Shown here piece after piece: positions 12,969 through 23,536 of a stretch of DNA of 64,000 nt. Source of the stretch: an uncultured Acidimicrobiales bacterium (GTDB lineage: Bacteria; Actinomycetota; Acidimicrobiia; Acidimicrobiales; VFJN01); contig CAWDIO010000008.1 of the NCBI GenBank assembly GCA_963802385.1, positions 242,755-306,754 on the forward strand. Direction: 5' to 3'. The notes under the pieces were generated by a model. The model did not search any database. It saw only the letters and a program-made list of their open reading frames with translations, and was not told the DNA's origin. The first letter of the stretch is position 1; the number at the start of each line of letters is the position of its first letter. The translations under genes and the position numbers were made by a program.

Positions 12969-13388
12969 GTGCCCCTCGACCACGGCCTCAGCGTCGTCGT
13001 CACGCGCCGCCCCGACCACAGCCCACACACCACCGTCGTCAATGCTGGTGTCGTTCCCCACCGCCTCACCGGTGCCGACTCGGTGGCGTTCGTGGCCGCG
13101 GGTGGAACCCGCAAGCTCGCCCACCTGCGCGCCGACCCCGCCATCGCGGTCGTCGTCCGAGCCGGCTGGCAGTGGACCGCGGTGGAAGGCACGGCCCAGC
13201 TGATCGGACCCGACGACCCGAGCCCCGGATTCGACGCCGAACAGCTCCGACTCCTGCTCCGCGACATATTCACCGCCGCGGGCGGCACTCACGACGACTG
13301 GGCTGCCTACGACCAGGTGATGCGGGACGAACGCCGGACCGCCGTCCTCGTGGCGCCCACGCGCGTGTACTCAGGCGCTCCCCGATGA
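12969..13388 (+). CDS. pyridoxamine 5'-phosphate oxidase (PPOX)-family, probably F420-dependent, protein
   Basis: ORF 12969..13388 (GTG start); SVVVTRRPDHSPHTTVVNAGVV...AIAVVVRAGWQWTAVEGTAQLIGPDD typical of PPOX-class split-barrel. Confidence 0.7.
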   Translation: MPLDHGLSVVVTRRPDHSPHTTVVNAGVVPHRLTGADSVAFVAAGGTRKLAHLRADPAIAVVVRAGWQWTAVEGTAQLIGPDDPSPGFDAEQLRLLLRDIFTAAGGTHDDWAAYDQVMRDERRTAVLVAPTRVYSGAPR

Positions 13389-13445
13389 TCGCCTGGACGC
13401 CATCGCGAATCCTTTCAGGCGGCCCTTCGGCCGACGCTCCACCCC

Positions 13446-13997
13446 ATGACCGAACAGGAGAACGCGGCAGTGTTGGATCTTCCTGAGCTGCTCGTCGAGT
13501 ACGACCGCGCCCGCGCCTACACCGACGCCCTGTGGCGAGATCTCAGCTCCGAAGAGGTGCATTGGCGACCAACCCCCGACTCGAGCGCAATCGGTTGGCA
13601 TCTGGGCCACCAGGCCCACGTCGCTCACTTCATGCTCCGCAACCTCACCGCCGCCGAAGCCAGCCCGAACCCGGCTTTGGACGCACTGATGGACTCCGCC
13701 ACCCCTGAACCCGGCCGCGGAAACCTGCCGAGCCTGGATCAGCTTGCCGCCTTCAGGGCAACGGTCGCAGCACGCATCCACGCCCAGATGACCGCCATCG
13801 ACGCTCGCGACGTCGGCGCGCCCGCGCAGCAGCGAACCGTAGGCCGACACGTCCTCACCCTCGTGATCAACCACGAGTACCAGCACGACCGGTGGATCGG
13901 CGAGGTACGCGAACATGACCTGGGCCACTCACTGCCGCCCGAGCCCGCATGCGCCTGCCTTACCCTCGTCGACAACTACCTGACGCTCGTCGACTGA
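13446..13997 (+). CDS. DinB-family (DinB_2/YfiT-like) metal-dependent protein
   Basis: ORF 13446..13997; EVHWRPTPDSSAIGWHLGHQAHVAHFML...INHEYQHDRWIGEV, a conserved His-triad 4-helix bundle pattern. Confidence 0.7.
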   Translation: MTEQENAAVLDLPELLVEYDRARAYTDALWRDLSSEEVHWRPTPDSSAIGWHLGHQAHVAHFMLRNLTAAEASPNPALDALMDSATPEPGRGNLPSLDQLAAFRATVAARIHAQMTAIDARDVGAPAQQRTVGRHVLTLVINHEYQHDRWIGEVREHDLGHSLPPEPACACLTLVDNYLTLVD

Positions 13998-14144
13998 GAC
14001 GACGAGCGTCGGGATGAGCGTCACGCCCGACCATCGCGTTCTTCGAAGTCTCGGATCCTGACGGCCACGTCGTCGTCCACGACAGCCAGTCGTCGGCCAT
14101 GTGTGACAGTGGCGGCAGCGGTGACGCCGTTGACCCTCACGATC

Positions 14145-15341
14145 TCAGCCAGATCGATCCCGGACTGCGTGCGGGTTCGCCTGGATCTCGGCCCAGGCCG
14201 CCGGCGTGAGGGCGTAGGCGGCCACGGAGCCGGACACGAACCACCGCCACCAGGCGGGATGCACCAGGGTGGCGGCCGCCGCCACGATGAGGGGAACGGC
14301 CGCTCGCCGGTCGCCGCGCCAGGGTGTCATCTCCTCGACGCTGCCCCTGTAGTCGCCGGTCCCGCGGGTGGCGGCGATGAGCTCGCCGGCGATGCCGCGC
14401 CGGCCACGTCCGGCCTGTGCGGCGCCGAGGACGGCGAGGACTGTTTGGTGGGTGCGCTGGCCGGGCGGGCCGGGTGGTTGTGGCGCCGGCGTGCGCCCGC
14501 AGGCCACCTCGAGCAGGGCGCCGACGAGATCGACGCCGGAGCGCCAGGCGTTGACCGGCTCGACGAGCCGCGGGTTGAGGTCGATGAACACCGGGCCGTC
14601 GGCGGTGAGGATCACGTCGGCCGACAGCGCGCCGTGCCAGCCGAGATCGGCCCCGAGCGTGACGAGGTGGGCGCGGATCTGATCGTGATCGATCCCGCGC
14701 TTGTGGCTGGCCCCGCCGTTGGCGCCGAGGCGGACCCGCAGGTTGGCGTGCGATGCCACGAGCTCGCCGCCGTCGAACACGGACTGCACCATGGCCAGGG
14801 GGCCGTCGACGGCTCGTTGCACGAGGACGCCGGCGCCGACGTCGACGGCTGCCAGCTCGGCCACGGTCTCGACCTTCCGCACGCCGGTCGTGGCCGTGCC
14901 GATCGGCTGCTTCACGTACGCGGGTAGGTCCCGCCACCCCTGCAGGTCGTCGTCCGAGCTGACCACGGCGGCCGGCGGCTGGGGCAGCCCGAGGCGGGTG
15001 AGCGTGGCGAACGCCGACACCTTGTCCTGCACTGCGGCGAGAGCGGCGAAGCTCGGTACCGCCGTGCCGACGCCGGCGGCGGCGAGAACGGCGACCTGCT
15101 CCTGGGTCGGGAACAGGACATCGAACGCGCCGGCCTCGTAGACGGCCAGGGCAGCGTCGAGCCAGGCGAACGGGCCGTTCCCGTACGACGGCACGCGGTG
15201 CAGTCGGCGGACGTCACGGGTGAACCGGCACAGGCACAACGGGTCAGAGGTGAGGACCTCGACGTGGTGGCCCATGGCTGCGAGGCGCCCGGCCACCTGG
15301 CGGGACGTGACGCCCGATCCTTCGGTCAGCAGGATCTTCAT
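14145..15341 (-). CDS. ATP-grasp domain protein (carboxylate-amine ligase-like), function unknown
   Basis: ORF 14145..15341, 398 aa; MKILLTEGSGVTSRQVAGRLAAMGHHVEV..., central ATP-grasp (YVKQPIGTATTGVRKVETVAELAA, VLVQRAVDGPLAMVQSVFDGGELVA, FIDLNPRLVEP). Confidence 0.7.
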   Translation of the reverse strand: MKILLTEGSGVTSRQVAGRLAAMGHHVEVLTSDPLCLCRFTRDVRRLHRVPSYGNGPFAWLDAALAVYEAGAFDVLFPTQEQVAVLAAAGVGTAVPSFAALAAVQDKVSAFATLTRLGLPQPPAAVVSSDDDLQGWRDLPAYVKQPIGTATTGVRKVETVAELAAVDVGAGVLVQRAVDGPLAMVQSVFDGGELVASHANLRVRLGANGGASHKRGIDHDQIRAHLVTLGADLGWHGALSADVILTADGPVFIDLNPRLVEPVNAWRSGVDLVGALLEVACGRTPAPQPPGPPGQRTHQTVLAVLGAAQAGRGRRGIAGELIAATRGTGDYRGSVEEMTPWRGDRRAAVPLIVAAAATLVHPAWWRWFVSGSVAAYALTPAAWAEIQANPHAVRDRSG

Positions 15342-15343
15342 GC

Positions 15344-15368
15344 CGTAAGTCTATGCCATATGCTTACG
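15344..15368. promoter_or_regulatory. inverted repeat CGTAAG-N13-CTTACG (inner CATATG) in AT-rich divergent promoter region between ATP-grasp and TetR genes
   Basis: cgtaagtctatgccatatgcttacg; only strongly AT-rich 50 bp in the vicinity; candidate TetR autoregulatory operator. Confidence 0.45.
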
Positions 15369-15391
15369 AGTTACACAATAAGATGTGATGC

Positions 15392-15979
15392 ATGGGACGC
15401 CCACCGCAGATCAGCCGCCCGGCGATCGTCGCGGCCAGCCTCGCCATCGCGGACGAGCGGGGCCTCGCCGGCCTGACCATGCAGGCGGTGGCGCAGCGCC
15501 TCGGCGTCACACCGATGGCCCTCTACCGCCACGTCGACGACAAGGCTGACCTCCTCGACAGCGTCGTCGAAGCGCTGCTCACAGAACTGCCGCTGCCTCG
15601 GGCCGAGCTTGCGTGGGAGGAGCGCCTGCGCGGGCTGGGCCGGGCCGCTCGCACGTTGGCCCGCCGGCACCCGGCCGTCTTCCCGTTGCTGCTCCAGCGC
15701 CCAGCCAGCACGCCGGAGTCAAGACGGGTGCGCGACTCCATCGTCGCCTCGCTCGAGGAGGCCGGGCTCGACCCGGAAGCTGCCCGGCGGGCCGAGCGCC
15801 TCCTCAGCACCGTGATCCTGGGCTTCGCCGCCAGCGAAGCCGGCGGCCGGTTCCGCGGCCACAGCCGCAAGGTGATCGACGACGACTTCGCCTGCCTGGA
15901 GCAGCTCATCGGCCATGCTCTGCAGGACATCGCGACCTCCCCGCCCGGCTCTCGGGTTACAGCTCGCAACGACCGATGA
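15392..15979 (+). CDS. TetR/AcrR-family transcriptional regulator
   Basis: ORF 15392..15979; N-terminal HTH ISRPAIVAASLAIADERGLAGLTMQAVAQRLGVTPMALYRHVDDKADLL. Confidence 0.85.
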   Translation: MGRPPQISRPAIVAASLAIADERGLAGLTMQAVAQRLGVTPMALYRHVDDKADLLDSVVEALLTELPLPRAELAWEERLRGLGRAARTLARRHPAVFPLLLQRPASTPESRRVRDSIVASLEEAGLDPEAARRAERLLSTVILGFAASEAGGRFRGHSRKVIDDDFACLEQLIGHALQDIATSPPGSRVTARNDR

Positions 15980-15994
15980 TGACGTATGTACGCG

Positions 15995-16402
15995 TCAGGC
16001 CTCGCGGGTGGCTGCCTCCCGGGCCTCGGGCAGGATCGGCTCGAACAGCTCGACGGGGTTGCCCGACGGGTCCTCCACCAGGATCTGCTTGCCGCCCACT
16101 CCGGTCACGATCTCGTTGCGGAACGTGACGCCCGCGCCCCGCAGGGCCTCGACGACCCCTTCGAGGTCGGAGACCTCCAGCGAGAACCGGTTCCAGCCGC
16201 CCGGCTCGGGCAGGGTGCCGTCGGGCATGGCCTGGCCGCCGCCCGGTCCGCCCCCTGGTGCGCTGAGCGTGAGCCGGAGGTCGTCCCGGACCAGCATGGC
16301 GAAGGCCGGGGCCGGGTGCATCACTTCGTGGAAGCCGAGGTGCCCGCAATAGAACGCGATCGCGGCGTCGACGTCGTTCACGATGTAGCGGACGGTCGCC
16401 AT
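15995..16402 (-). CDS. VOC-family (glyoxalase/bleomycin-resistance fold) protein
   Basis: C-terminal 135 aa of ORF 15995..16951 (MATVRYIVNDVDAAIAFYCGHLGFHEV...NRFSLEVSDLEGVVEALRGAGVTFRNEIVTGVGGKQILVEDPSGNPVELFEP); ATG at 16402 with RBS aaggagg. Confidence 0.8.
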   Translation of the reverse strand: MATVRYIVNDVDAAIAFYCGHLGFHEVMHPAPAFAMLVRDDLRLTLSAPGGGPGGGQAMPDGTLPEPGGWNRFSLEVSDLEGVVEALRGAGVTFRNEIVTGVGGKQILVEDPSGNPVELFEPILPEAREAATREA

Positions 16403-16423
16403 CGAGGCCTCCTTTCCTCCCTG

Positions 16424-16445
16424 CGTTCGACGGTACCGTCGAACG
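16424..16445. promoter_or_regulatory. perfect 22-bp palindrome CGTTCGACGGTACCGTCGAACG in 54-bp divergent intergenic region (VOC / PPOX)
   Basis: 10-bp arms around central GTAC; flanked symmetrically by the two genes' Shine-Dalgarno sequences (cctcct...aggagg); orientation GTTCGA..TCGAAC is inverted relative to the LexA box. Confidence 0.6.
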
Positions 16446-16456
16446 AAGGAGGTCCC

Positions 16457-16879
16457 ATGGCGTTCACCACCGAGGAGCTCGACTACCTGCGCTCGCAGTC
16501 GCTGGCGCGATTCGCGACCCGTGGCACCGACGGGCAGCCGGACGTGGTCCCGGTGGCGTTCGAGTTCGACGGCACGTACCTCTGGGTGGGCGGCACGGGG
16601 GCCGCCGCGCTCGGGACCCGCAAGATGCGCAACGTGGCCGCCGGTCGCCGCGAGGTCGCGCTGGTCGTCGACGACATGCCGTCGTTCGACCCCTTCGTCG
16701 CCCGCGGGATCCGCATCTACGGCCGGGCCGAGGGGCCGGTCGAGCGCGTCGGGCTCGTCGGGCCGGGCCACTACCTGCGCATCACCCCCACGGTGTCGTG
16801 GAGCTGGAACCTGGAGGGCGCTCCCGCCGGTGACACCTGGTACGAGTCCAGGCGTGCCGATCACCGGCAGGGAGCGTGA
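16457..16879 (+). CDS. PPOX-class F420-dependent oxidoreductase-like protein
   Basis: ATG 16457 after RBS gaaggagg; MAFTTEELDYLRSQSLARFATRGTDGQPDVVPVAFEFDGTYLWVGG..., PPOX split-barrel pattern. Confidence 0.75.
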   Translation: MAFTTEELDYLRSQSLARFATRGTDGQPDVVPVAFEFDGTYLWVGGTGAAALGTRKMRNVAAGRREVALVVDDMPSFDPFVARGIRIYGRAEGPVERVGLVGPGHYLRITPTVSWSWNLEGAPAGDTWYESRRADHRQGA

Positions 16880-16910
16880 AGACGTCCACGACCTGGCTGC
16901 GGTGGATCGC

Positions 16911-17405
16911 TCAGTCCGGGCTCGTGTGGGCGAGCACGGTGACGCGGGCACCGCCGGGGTCGAGCAGCGAGAAGCGGCGGATGCCCCAGGGCTTGTCGTC
17001 GAGCTGCTCCACGATGCGCAGGCCCTGGGCGGTCGCCTCGCGGTGGATCTCGCTGACCCGGTCCGCAGTGCCGACGTCGACGATGAAGCCCGGGGGCAGT
17101 GCCGCCAGGTCGCCGTTCACCGAGACCTGGACCTTGGGATCGCTGGGCGAGACGAAGAGCAGGAACTTGTCCTGCTCCATGGCCACGTCGAAGCCGACGA
17201 GCCCGGCGTAGAAGGCCCGGGTCGCCTCGAGGTCGTCGCAACGGATGTCGGGGATGGCGCGGGTGATCGGCATGGTCGCCTCCTTGGCGCCGGCCGCTCG
17301 GCCGGCATCTCGGGCGCGGAGCTGCCGCAGCGCTTCTGCGTAGGACTCGCCGGTCCGTCGGGCCCGGGCCCGCACGAGTTGCTTGAAGTCCTTGTTCGCT
17401 GTCAT
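16911..17405 (-). CDS. VOC-family (glyoxalase-like) protein with ~45-aa basic N-terminal extension
   Basis: ORF 16911..17405; core from MPITRAIPDIRCDDLEATRAFYAGLVGFDVAME...DPGGARVTVLAH; N-terminal MTANKDFKQLVRARARRTGESYAEALRQL may be a separate small protein or an alternative start at about 17274. Confidence 0.65.
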   Translation of the reverse strand: MTANKDFKQLVRARARRTGESYAEALRQLRARDAGRAAGAKEATMPITRAIPDIRCDDLEATRAFYAGLVGFDVAMEQDKFLLFVSPSDPKVQVSVNGDLAALPPGFIVDVGTADRVSEIHREATAQGLRIVEQLDDKPWGIRRFSLLDPGGARVTVLAHTSPD

Positions 17406-17596
17406 TCGGCTCTCCGCAGCCTCGGCCCGCTCCCCCCAGCCGACCGGCGCCGAGACGGGACACCGAACGCAGCGACCCGAGGATCCGCTCCCCTTTGCCC
17501 CTTCGAGCGGCCGTGCTGGGGACGGCCGGCAGGGGTCGAGCGTGAGACCCGCTCGCCGCCATCGTCACGGCGGTGCGATCTCGTGTCAACCATCTG

Positions 17597-19239
17597 TCAG
17601 TCATAGGTCGCCTCCACGGACCAGCGGCCCGCCTCCACCACCAGCAGGTAGGCGGTCCCGTCCACCGTCGTCACCTGGAGCCGGGCCCGGCGGCGGTGGG
17701 TCTCGGGGTCCCACCAGCGCTCGTCGCAGGGCCACGGTCCCGCCCACGCGGCCACGGCCCGGCGGCCGGAGCGGTCGTCCGGGGCGGCCACCGCCGCCGG
17801 GGGTGCGCTCACCTCGCCGCGCCCCCCACCGCCACCGGGCGCCCGGCGGTGTCGAGCACATCGACCGGCAGCGGCGGGGCGTGGACCGTCGCCGGGGCGG
17901 GGGCGGGCACCGTGCCCGGCCAGGGCTCGGCCACCCAGCCCGGCCGGGCCCCGGGGCGGGGCTCGGTCACGTCGGCCGCCGCCACCGGGACCAGGCCCAC
18001 CCGCTCGCCCGGGCCCCGGCCGCCCCGCCACTCCGGGACCCGCACGGCGTCCACGCCCAGCAGGCCCTGGACCCGGGCGAGGGCCCGGGAAGCCCGGTCG
18101 CCCGCCTCGATGGGATCGACCGCCCCGGGACCGCCGGTGCTGAGGGCGAGCTGTCGGCCCCCGGCGGGCACGATCTCCTCGGGCGCCAGCCACAGCCGGG
18201 TGAGCCCACCCGAGGGGCGGTGCGCCCAGCCGCCCTGCCCGCCCACCCAGCCCTCCAGCTGCCAGCGCACCCGGTCGGCGATGGCCAGGGCGCTGAAGGT
18301 GCCCTCGGTGCGCCACACCCGTTCGTGCGTCTCGCCGTGCTCGGTCTCGGCACCCACGACGAGACGGGTGCACGCGCTGCCCGTCGCAGCCAGGCGCCGG
18401 TGGAGGTCGTCGGCCAGGCCCCGGGCCACGAACGCGGCGGCCTCGACCCGTTCGGCGGGCGGGTCGAGGTCGGCGGCCATGGTCCAGTCGGCGGGCGGTG
18501 GAGCGGTCACCGGAGGCCGCCCGTCCTCCCCGCCCGCCAGCCGGTGGGCGCGCAGGCCCTCGGCCCCGAAGCGGCCCACGACCTCGGCCACGGGCAGGGC
18601 GGCCAGGGCGCCGAGCGTCCGCACCCCCAGCCGTTCGAGCACGTCGACCAGGGCGGCGCTCGCCGGCCCGCCCTCGTCGGCCAGCACGGTCACCGGGATG
18701 GGCGCCAGGAAGGCGGGGCTCTCCCCGGGGGGCACGACCAGGGCCATGTCCTCCGGCCGGGCCACCCGGCCGGCCCGGCGGTGGCGGCGGGCGGCGAGGG
18801 CGGCGGCGAAGGGCCCGTCGGCCACCCCCACCCGGACCGGGACGCGCCCGCCCAGCGTGTCGCTCACCAGGGCGGCCGCCCGGCGGGCCAGCGCCCGGTC
18901 GCCCCCGTGGTAGCGGGACGGGCCCAGGGTGGGGAAGGCGCAGGCGCCCGGGTAGGTGATCTCGATGCGGGGCGTGAGGGCTTCCAGGCTGGCGGCCACC
19001 GGCTCGAAGGCCCGGGCCTCGGCTGCGGGGTCGTGCTCGAGGATCAGCACCTCGGGGCAGCGGGACTGGGCGTCCCGCCGGCGCTGGTGGCGCTCGACCC
19101 CCTCGTGCCGGGCCGCCGGCGAGCACGCCACCACCCGGTTGGCCCGCAGGACGGCCGCAGGCACGTCCAGCGGCACCCCCGCCGCCACCACGGGCCAGTC
19201 CGCGCACCACACCACCAGCGTGCGGGCGACGTCAGGCAT
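17597..19239 (-). CDS. imuB: ImuB (Y-family polymerase-like mutasome subunit), apparent frameshift at C-run near 17826
   Basis: ORF 17809..19338 from MPDVARTLVVWCADWPVVAAG (UmuC-like N-term, ATG 19239) plus C-terminal tail in ORF 17597..19210 (...RARLQVTTVDGTAYLLVVEAGRWSVEATYD); start overlaps imuA' stop (ATGCCTGA). Confidence 0.8.
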
Positions 19240-19945
19240 GGTGCACCACCGTCTGCCAGGAACGGACGGGCATCGTGCGCCGCCGTGGGCGCAGGGGGAT
19301 GGGGGTGGCGAGAGGCTCGGCCGGGGCCACCCGGCCATCGGCGTCGGGGAGCCACAGCTCGGCGCGGCGGGGGCGGGCTGCGTCGCCGCGGCCGCCGGCC
19401 TCCACCGTGACCCGGCGGCCCTGGAGGTGGCCCCAGCCGGCGCCGAGTCCCTCCCAGCGGGCCGCGCTCACGGTCAGATGCACGGGGCTGCGCTCGCCGG
19501 GGAGGTCGTCGCCCACCGCCACCAGGACCCCGCCCCGCTCGCGCACCCGGGCGACCAGGCGGCGGGCGTCCGCGGGTCGCAGGCGGGGGGACCCGCCACC
19601 ACCAACGGAGACGAGGACGATGTCGAAGCCGTCGACCAGGGCGCCGAGCACGGATGCCCAGCCCGAGCGGTCGCGGCCGGGGTCCGCCACCAGGACCAGC
19701 CGTTCCAGTGCCACTCCCAGCGCGTCGGCGGCCACCAGGCCCAGCGAGCCCAGCCCGACCGCCGCCACCCAGGCGCCTGCCTGCGACGCTCCGGCCGCCA
19801 GGGCCAGGGCCAGGGATGTCGCGCCCGCCACTCCCGGGGCGGCGCCCACGGCCACGGTGGCACCCCGGCGCAGGCCGCCGCCGGGGAGCAGTGGCTCGAA
19901 CGGGGGGAGGACGGGGAGGCGGCGCTCGCGCGCCAGGTCGGCCAC
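19232..19945 (-). CDS. imuA': ImuA' (RecA-fold SOS mutasome component)
   Basis: ORF 19232..19945, GTG start; LPVLPPFEPLLPGGGLRRGATVAVGAAPGVAGATSLALALA..., typical ImuA' N-terminal motif and P-loop-less RecA fold; immediately upstream of imuB. Confidence 0.75.
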   Translation of the reverse strand: MADLARERRLPVLPPFEPLLPGGGLRRGATVAVGAAPGVAGATSLALALAAGASQAGAWVAAVGLGSLGLVAADALGVALERLVLVADPGRDRSGWASVLGALVDGFDIVLVSVGGGGSPRLRPADARRLVARVRERGGVLVAVGDDLPGERSPVHLTVSAARWEGLGAGWGHLQGRRVTVEAGGRGDAARPRRAELWLPDADGRVAPAEPLATPIPLRPRRRTMPVRSWQTVVHHA

Positions 19946-20058
19946 CCCGACCCGGGCCGCCGCCGGCCGCGGGCCGAGGCCGAGGCCGAAGCCGAAGCCG
20001 GCAGACCCCCGGTCACGGGGTCACGAAGGAAGGCCTCGGCACGAGCCACACCCCATGA

Positions 20059-20074
20059 TCGAACACCTGTTCGC
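20059..20074 (-). promoter_or_regulatory. LexA (SOS/Cheo) box upstream of imuA'-imuB
   Basis: tcgaacacctgttcgc = TCGAAC-N4-GTTCGc, 11/12 match to actinobacterial TCGAAC-N4-GTTCGA; about 115 nt upstream of imuA' GTG. Confidence 0.7.
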
Positions 20075-20110
20075 CAGCGTCAAGAGGGCGAACGGCAACA
20101 GGACGAACGG

Positions 20111-21949
<1,839 letters not shown>

Positions 21950-21960
21950 GTGACGTCCTC

Positions 21961-22215
21961 TCAGCCGTAGACGATCCGGCGGATCTGCCGGTGGGTCAGG
22001 GGTGGCGCCGCCACCGGCCGGGCGGCCAGCTCGGCGGCGATGCGATCGAAGATGGCCGGGTTGGCCAGGCCGGACGCCTGGAGCTCGCGGTGCCGGCGGC
22101 GCACCACCGCCTCCGTGGTCTCCGAGAAGTAGGCGACGACGTCGTCCACCACGCGCCGGGCCACCCCCGAGGGCAGGTGCGTGGTGCGGACCAGATGGTC
22201 CACGAGGTCGTCCAT
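21961..22215 (-). CDS. hypothetical small protein (84 aa)
   Basis: ORF 21961..22350 from M at 22215 (MDDLVDHLVRTTHLPSGVARRVVDDVVAYFSETTEAVVRRRHRELQASGLANPAIFDRIAAELA...); protein-like composition, 12 nt upstream of glmS; family not recognised. Confidence 0.45.
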   Translation of the reverse strand: MDDLVDHLVRTTHLPSGVARRVVDDVVAYFSETTEAVVRRRHRELQASGLANPAIFDRIAAELAARPVAAPPLTHRQIRRIVYG

Positions 22216-22239
22216 GGACGACGATGGTCGCCCAACCAC

Positions 22240-22277
22240 GCCGTGAAAGCAAAGATCTTGCCCGAATCCGGGCAAGA
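22240..22277 (-). terminator. intrinsic terminator-like hairpin downstream of gdh
   Basis: perfect 10-bp stem atcttgcccg-aat/gatt-cgggcaagat (22254-22277) followed on the minus strand by CUUUGCUUUC. Confidence 0.5.
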
Positions 22278-22291
22278 TCGGACGATTCAGG

Positions 22292-23536
22292 TCAGGGGAA
22301 CAGGCCGCGGGCGGAGATGGCGGCCGCCACCCGCTCGACCGCGACCACATGGGCCGCCGTGCGCATGTTGACCCCCAGCGTCTGGGACCGGGCCCACACG
22401 GCGTTGAAGGCCGCCTCCATCCGGGACCGCAGCCGCTCCGCCACCACCGAGTCCTCCCAGGGGTAGCCCTGGCGGGCCTGGGCCCACTCGAAGTAGCTGG
22501 CCGTGACCCCGCCCGCGTTGGCCAGGATGTCCGGCACCACCACGATGCCCCGGCGGTCGAGCACCGGCTGCGCCTCGATCATGGTCGGCCCGTTGGCCGC
22601 CTCCACGATGAGCGGGGCGGCGATGCGCTCGGCCACCCCGGCGTCGACGCACCCGCCCAGCGCCGCGGGCACCAGCAGCTCGCAGTCGATGTCCCAGATG
22701 GACTCGGCGCTGATCGACTCGCCGCCGCCGAACCCGGCCACGGAGCCCGTCTCCGACACGTGGTCGGACAGGCCGCCGATGTCGAGGCCGCCCTCGTTGA
22801 GCACCGCGCCGCCGATGTCGCTCACGGCCACGACCCGCTGGCCCGCCGAGCTGAGCAGGAACGCCAGCGGCGCGCCCACCTTGCCGAAGCCCTGGAGCAC
22901 GGTCCGGCTGCCCACGAAGGGCATGCCCAGCTCCCGGAAGGCGACGCGGGCGCAGGCCAGGCAGCCGGCCGACGTGGCGCCCGAGTGGTTGCGGGTGCCG
23001 CCCAGCGACAGCGGCTTGCCCGTCACCGACGCGGGCATGGCGTGGCCCTTCACCATCGACAGCGTGTCCATCAGCCAGGCCATGACCCGCCCGTCGGTGT
23101 TCACGTCGGGGGCGGGGATGTCGACGTCGGGGCCCAGCAGCGGGCTGATCTGGTACGTGTAGCGCCGGGTGACCCGCTCCAGCTCGCCCAGCGACAGCTT
23201 GCGGGGGTCGCAGCGCACCCCGCCCTTGGCGCCGCCGAAGGGCAGGTCCAGCAGCGCGGTCTTGAACGTCATCATGGCGGCGAGGGCCTTGACCTCGTCC
23301 GCATCGACGTCCTGGTGGAAGCGGATGCCGCCCTTGCCCGGGCCCCGGGTGGTGTCGTGGTGGACCCGCCAGCCGGTGAACACCTCGACCGAGCCGTCGT
23401 CCAGCCGCACCGGGATCGCCACCTCCAGCATGCGTTGCGGGGTCCGCAGCATGCGGTGCACGTCCGCGTCGAGCTTGGCCAGCTCGGCGGCTTCGTCGAG
23501 GTTGTCGAGGACCGCCTGCCAGGACCTGGAACTCAT
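22292..23536 (-). CDS. gdh: Glu/Leu/Phe/Val dehydrogenase (glutamate dehydrogenase-like)
   Basis: ORF 22292..23536; GPGKGGIRFH, KTALLDLPFGGAKGG, GFGKVGAPLA Rossmann motif. Confidence 0.9.
   Translation of the reverse strand: MSSRSWQAVLDNLDEAAELAKLDADVHRMLRTPQRMLEVAIPVRLDDGSVEVFTGWRVHHDTTRGPGKGGIRFHQDVDADEVKALAAMMTFKTALLDLPFGGAKGGVRCDPRKLSLGELERVTRRYTYQISPLLGPDVDIPAPDVNTDGRVMAWLMDTLSMVKGHAMPASVTGKPLSLGGTRNHSGATSAGCLACARVAFRELGMPFVGSRTVLQGFGKVGAPLAFLLSSAGQRVVAVSDIGGAVLNEGGLDIGGLSDHVSETGSVAGFGGGESISAESIWDIDCELLVPAALGGCVDAGVAERIAAPLIVEAANGPTMIEAQPVLDRRGIVVVPDILANAGGVTASYFEWAQARQGYPWEDSVVAERLRSRMEAAFNAVWARSQTLGVNMRTAAHVVAVERVAAAISARGLFP

Noticed and set aside
16424-16445. Possible LexA box at the VOC/PPOX palindrome
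   Set aside because: Half-sites are in swapped order (GTTCGA...TCGAAC with a 10-nt centre) rather than TCGAAC-N4-GTTCGA.
19946-20110. Promoter shared between glmS and imuA'
   Set aside because: glmS is convergent here (its stop is at 20111), so the region serves only imuA'.
21950-22291. glmS ribozyme upstream of glmS
   Set aside because: No conserved ribozyme core was seen; this RNA is characteristic of Firmicutes, not high-GC actinobacteria. The region instead holds a small ORF and a terminator.
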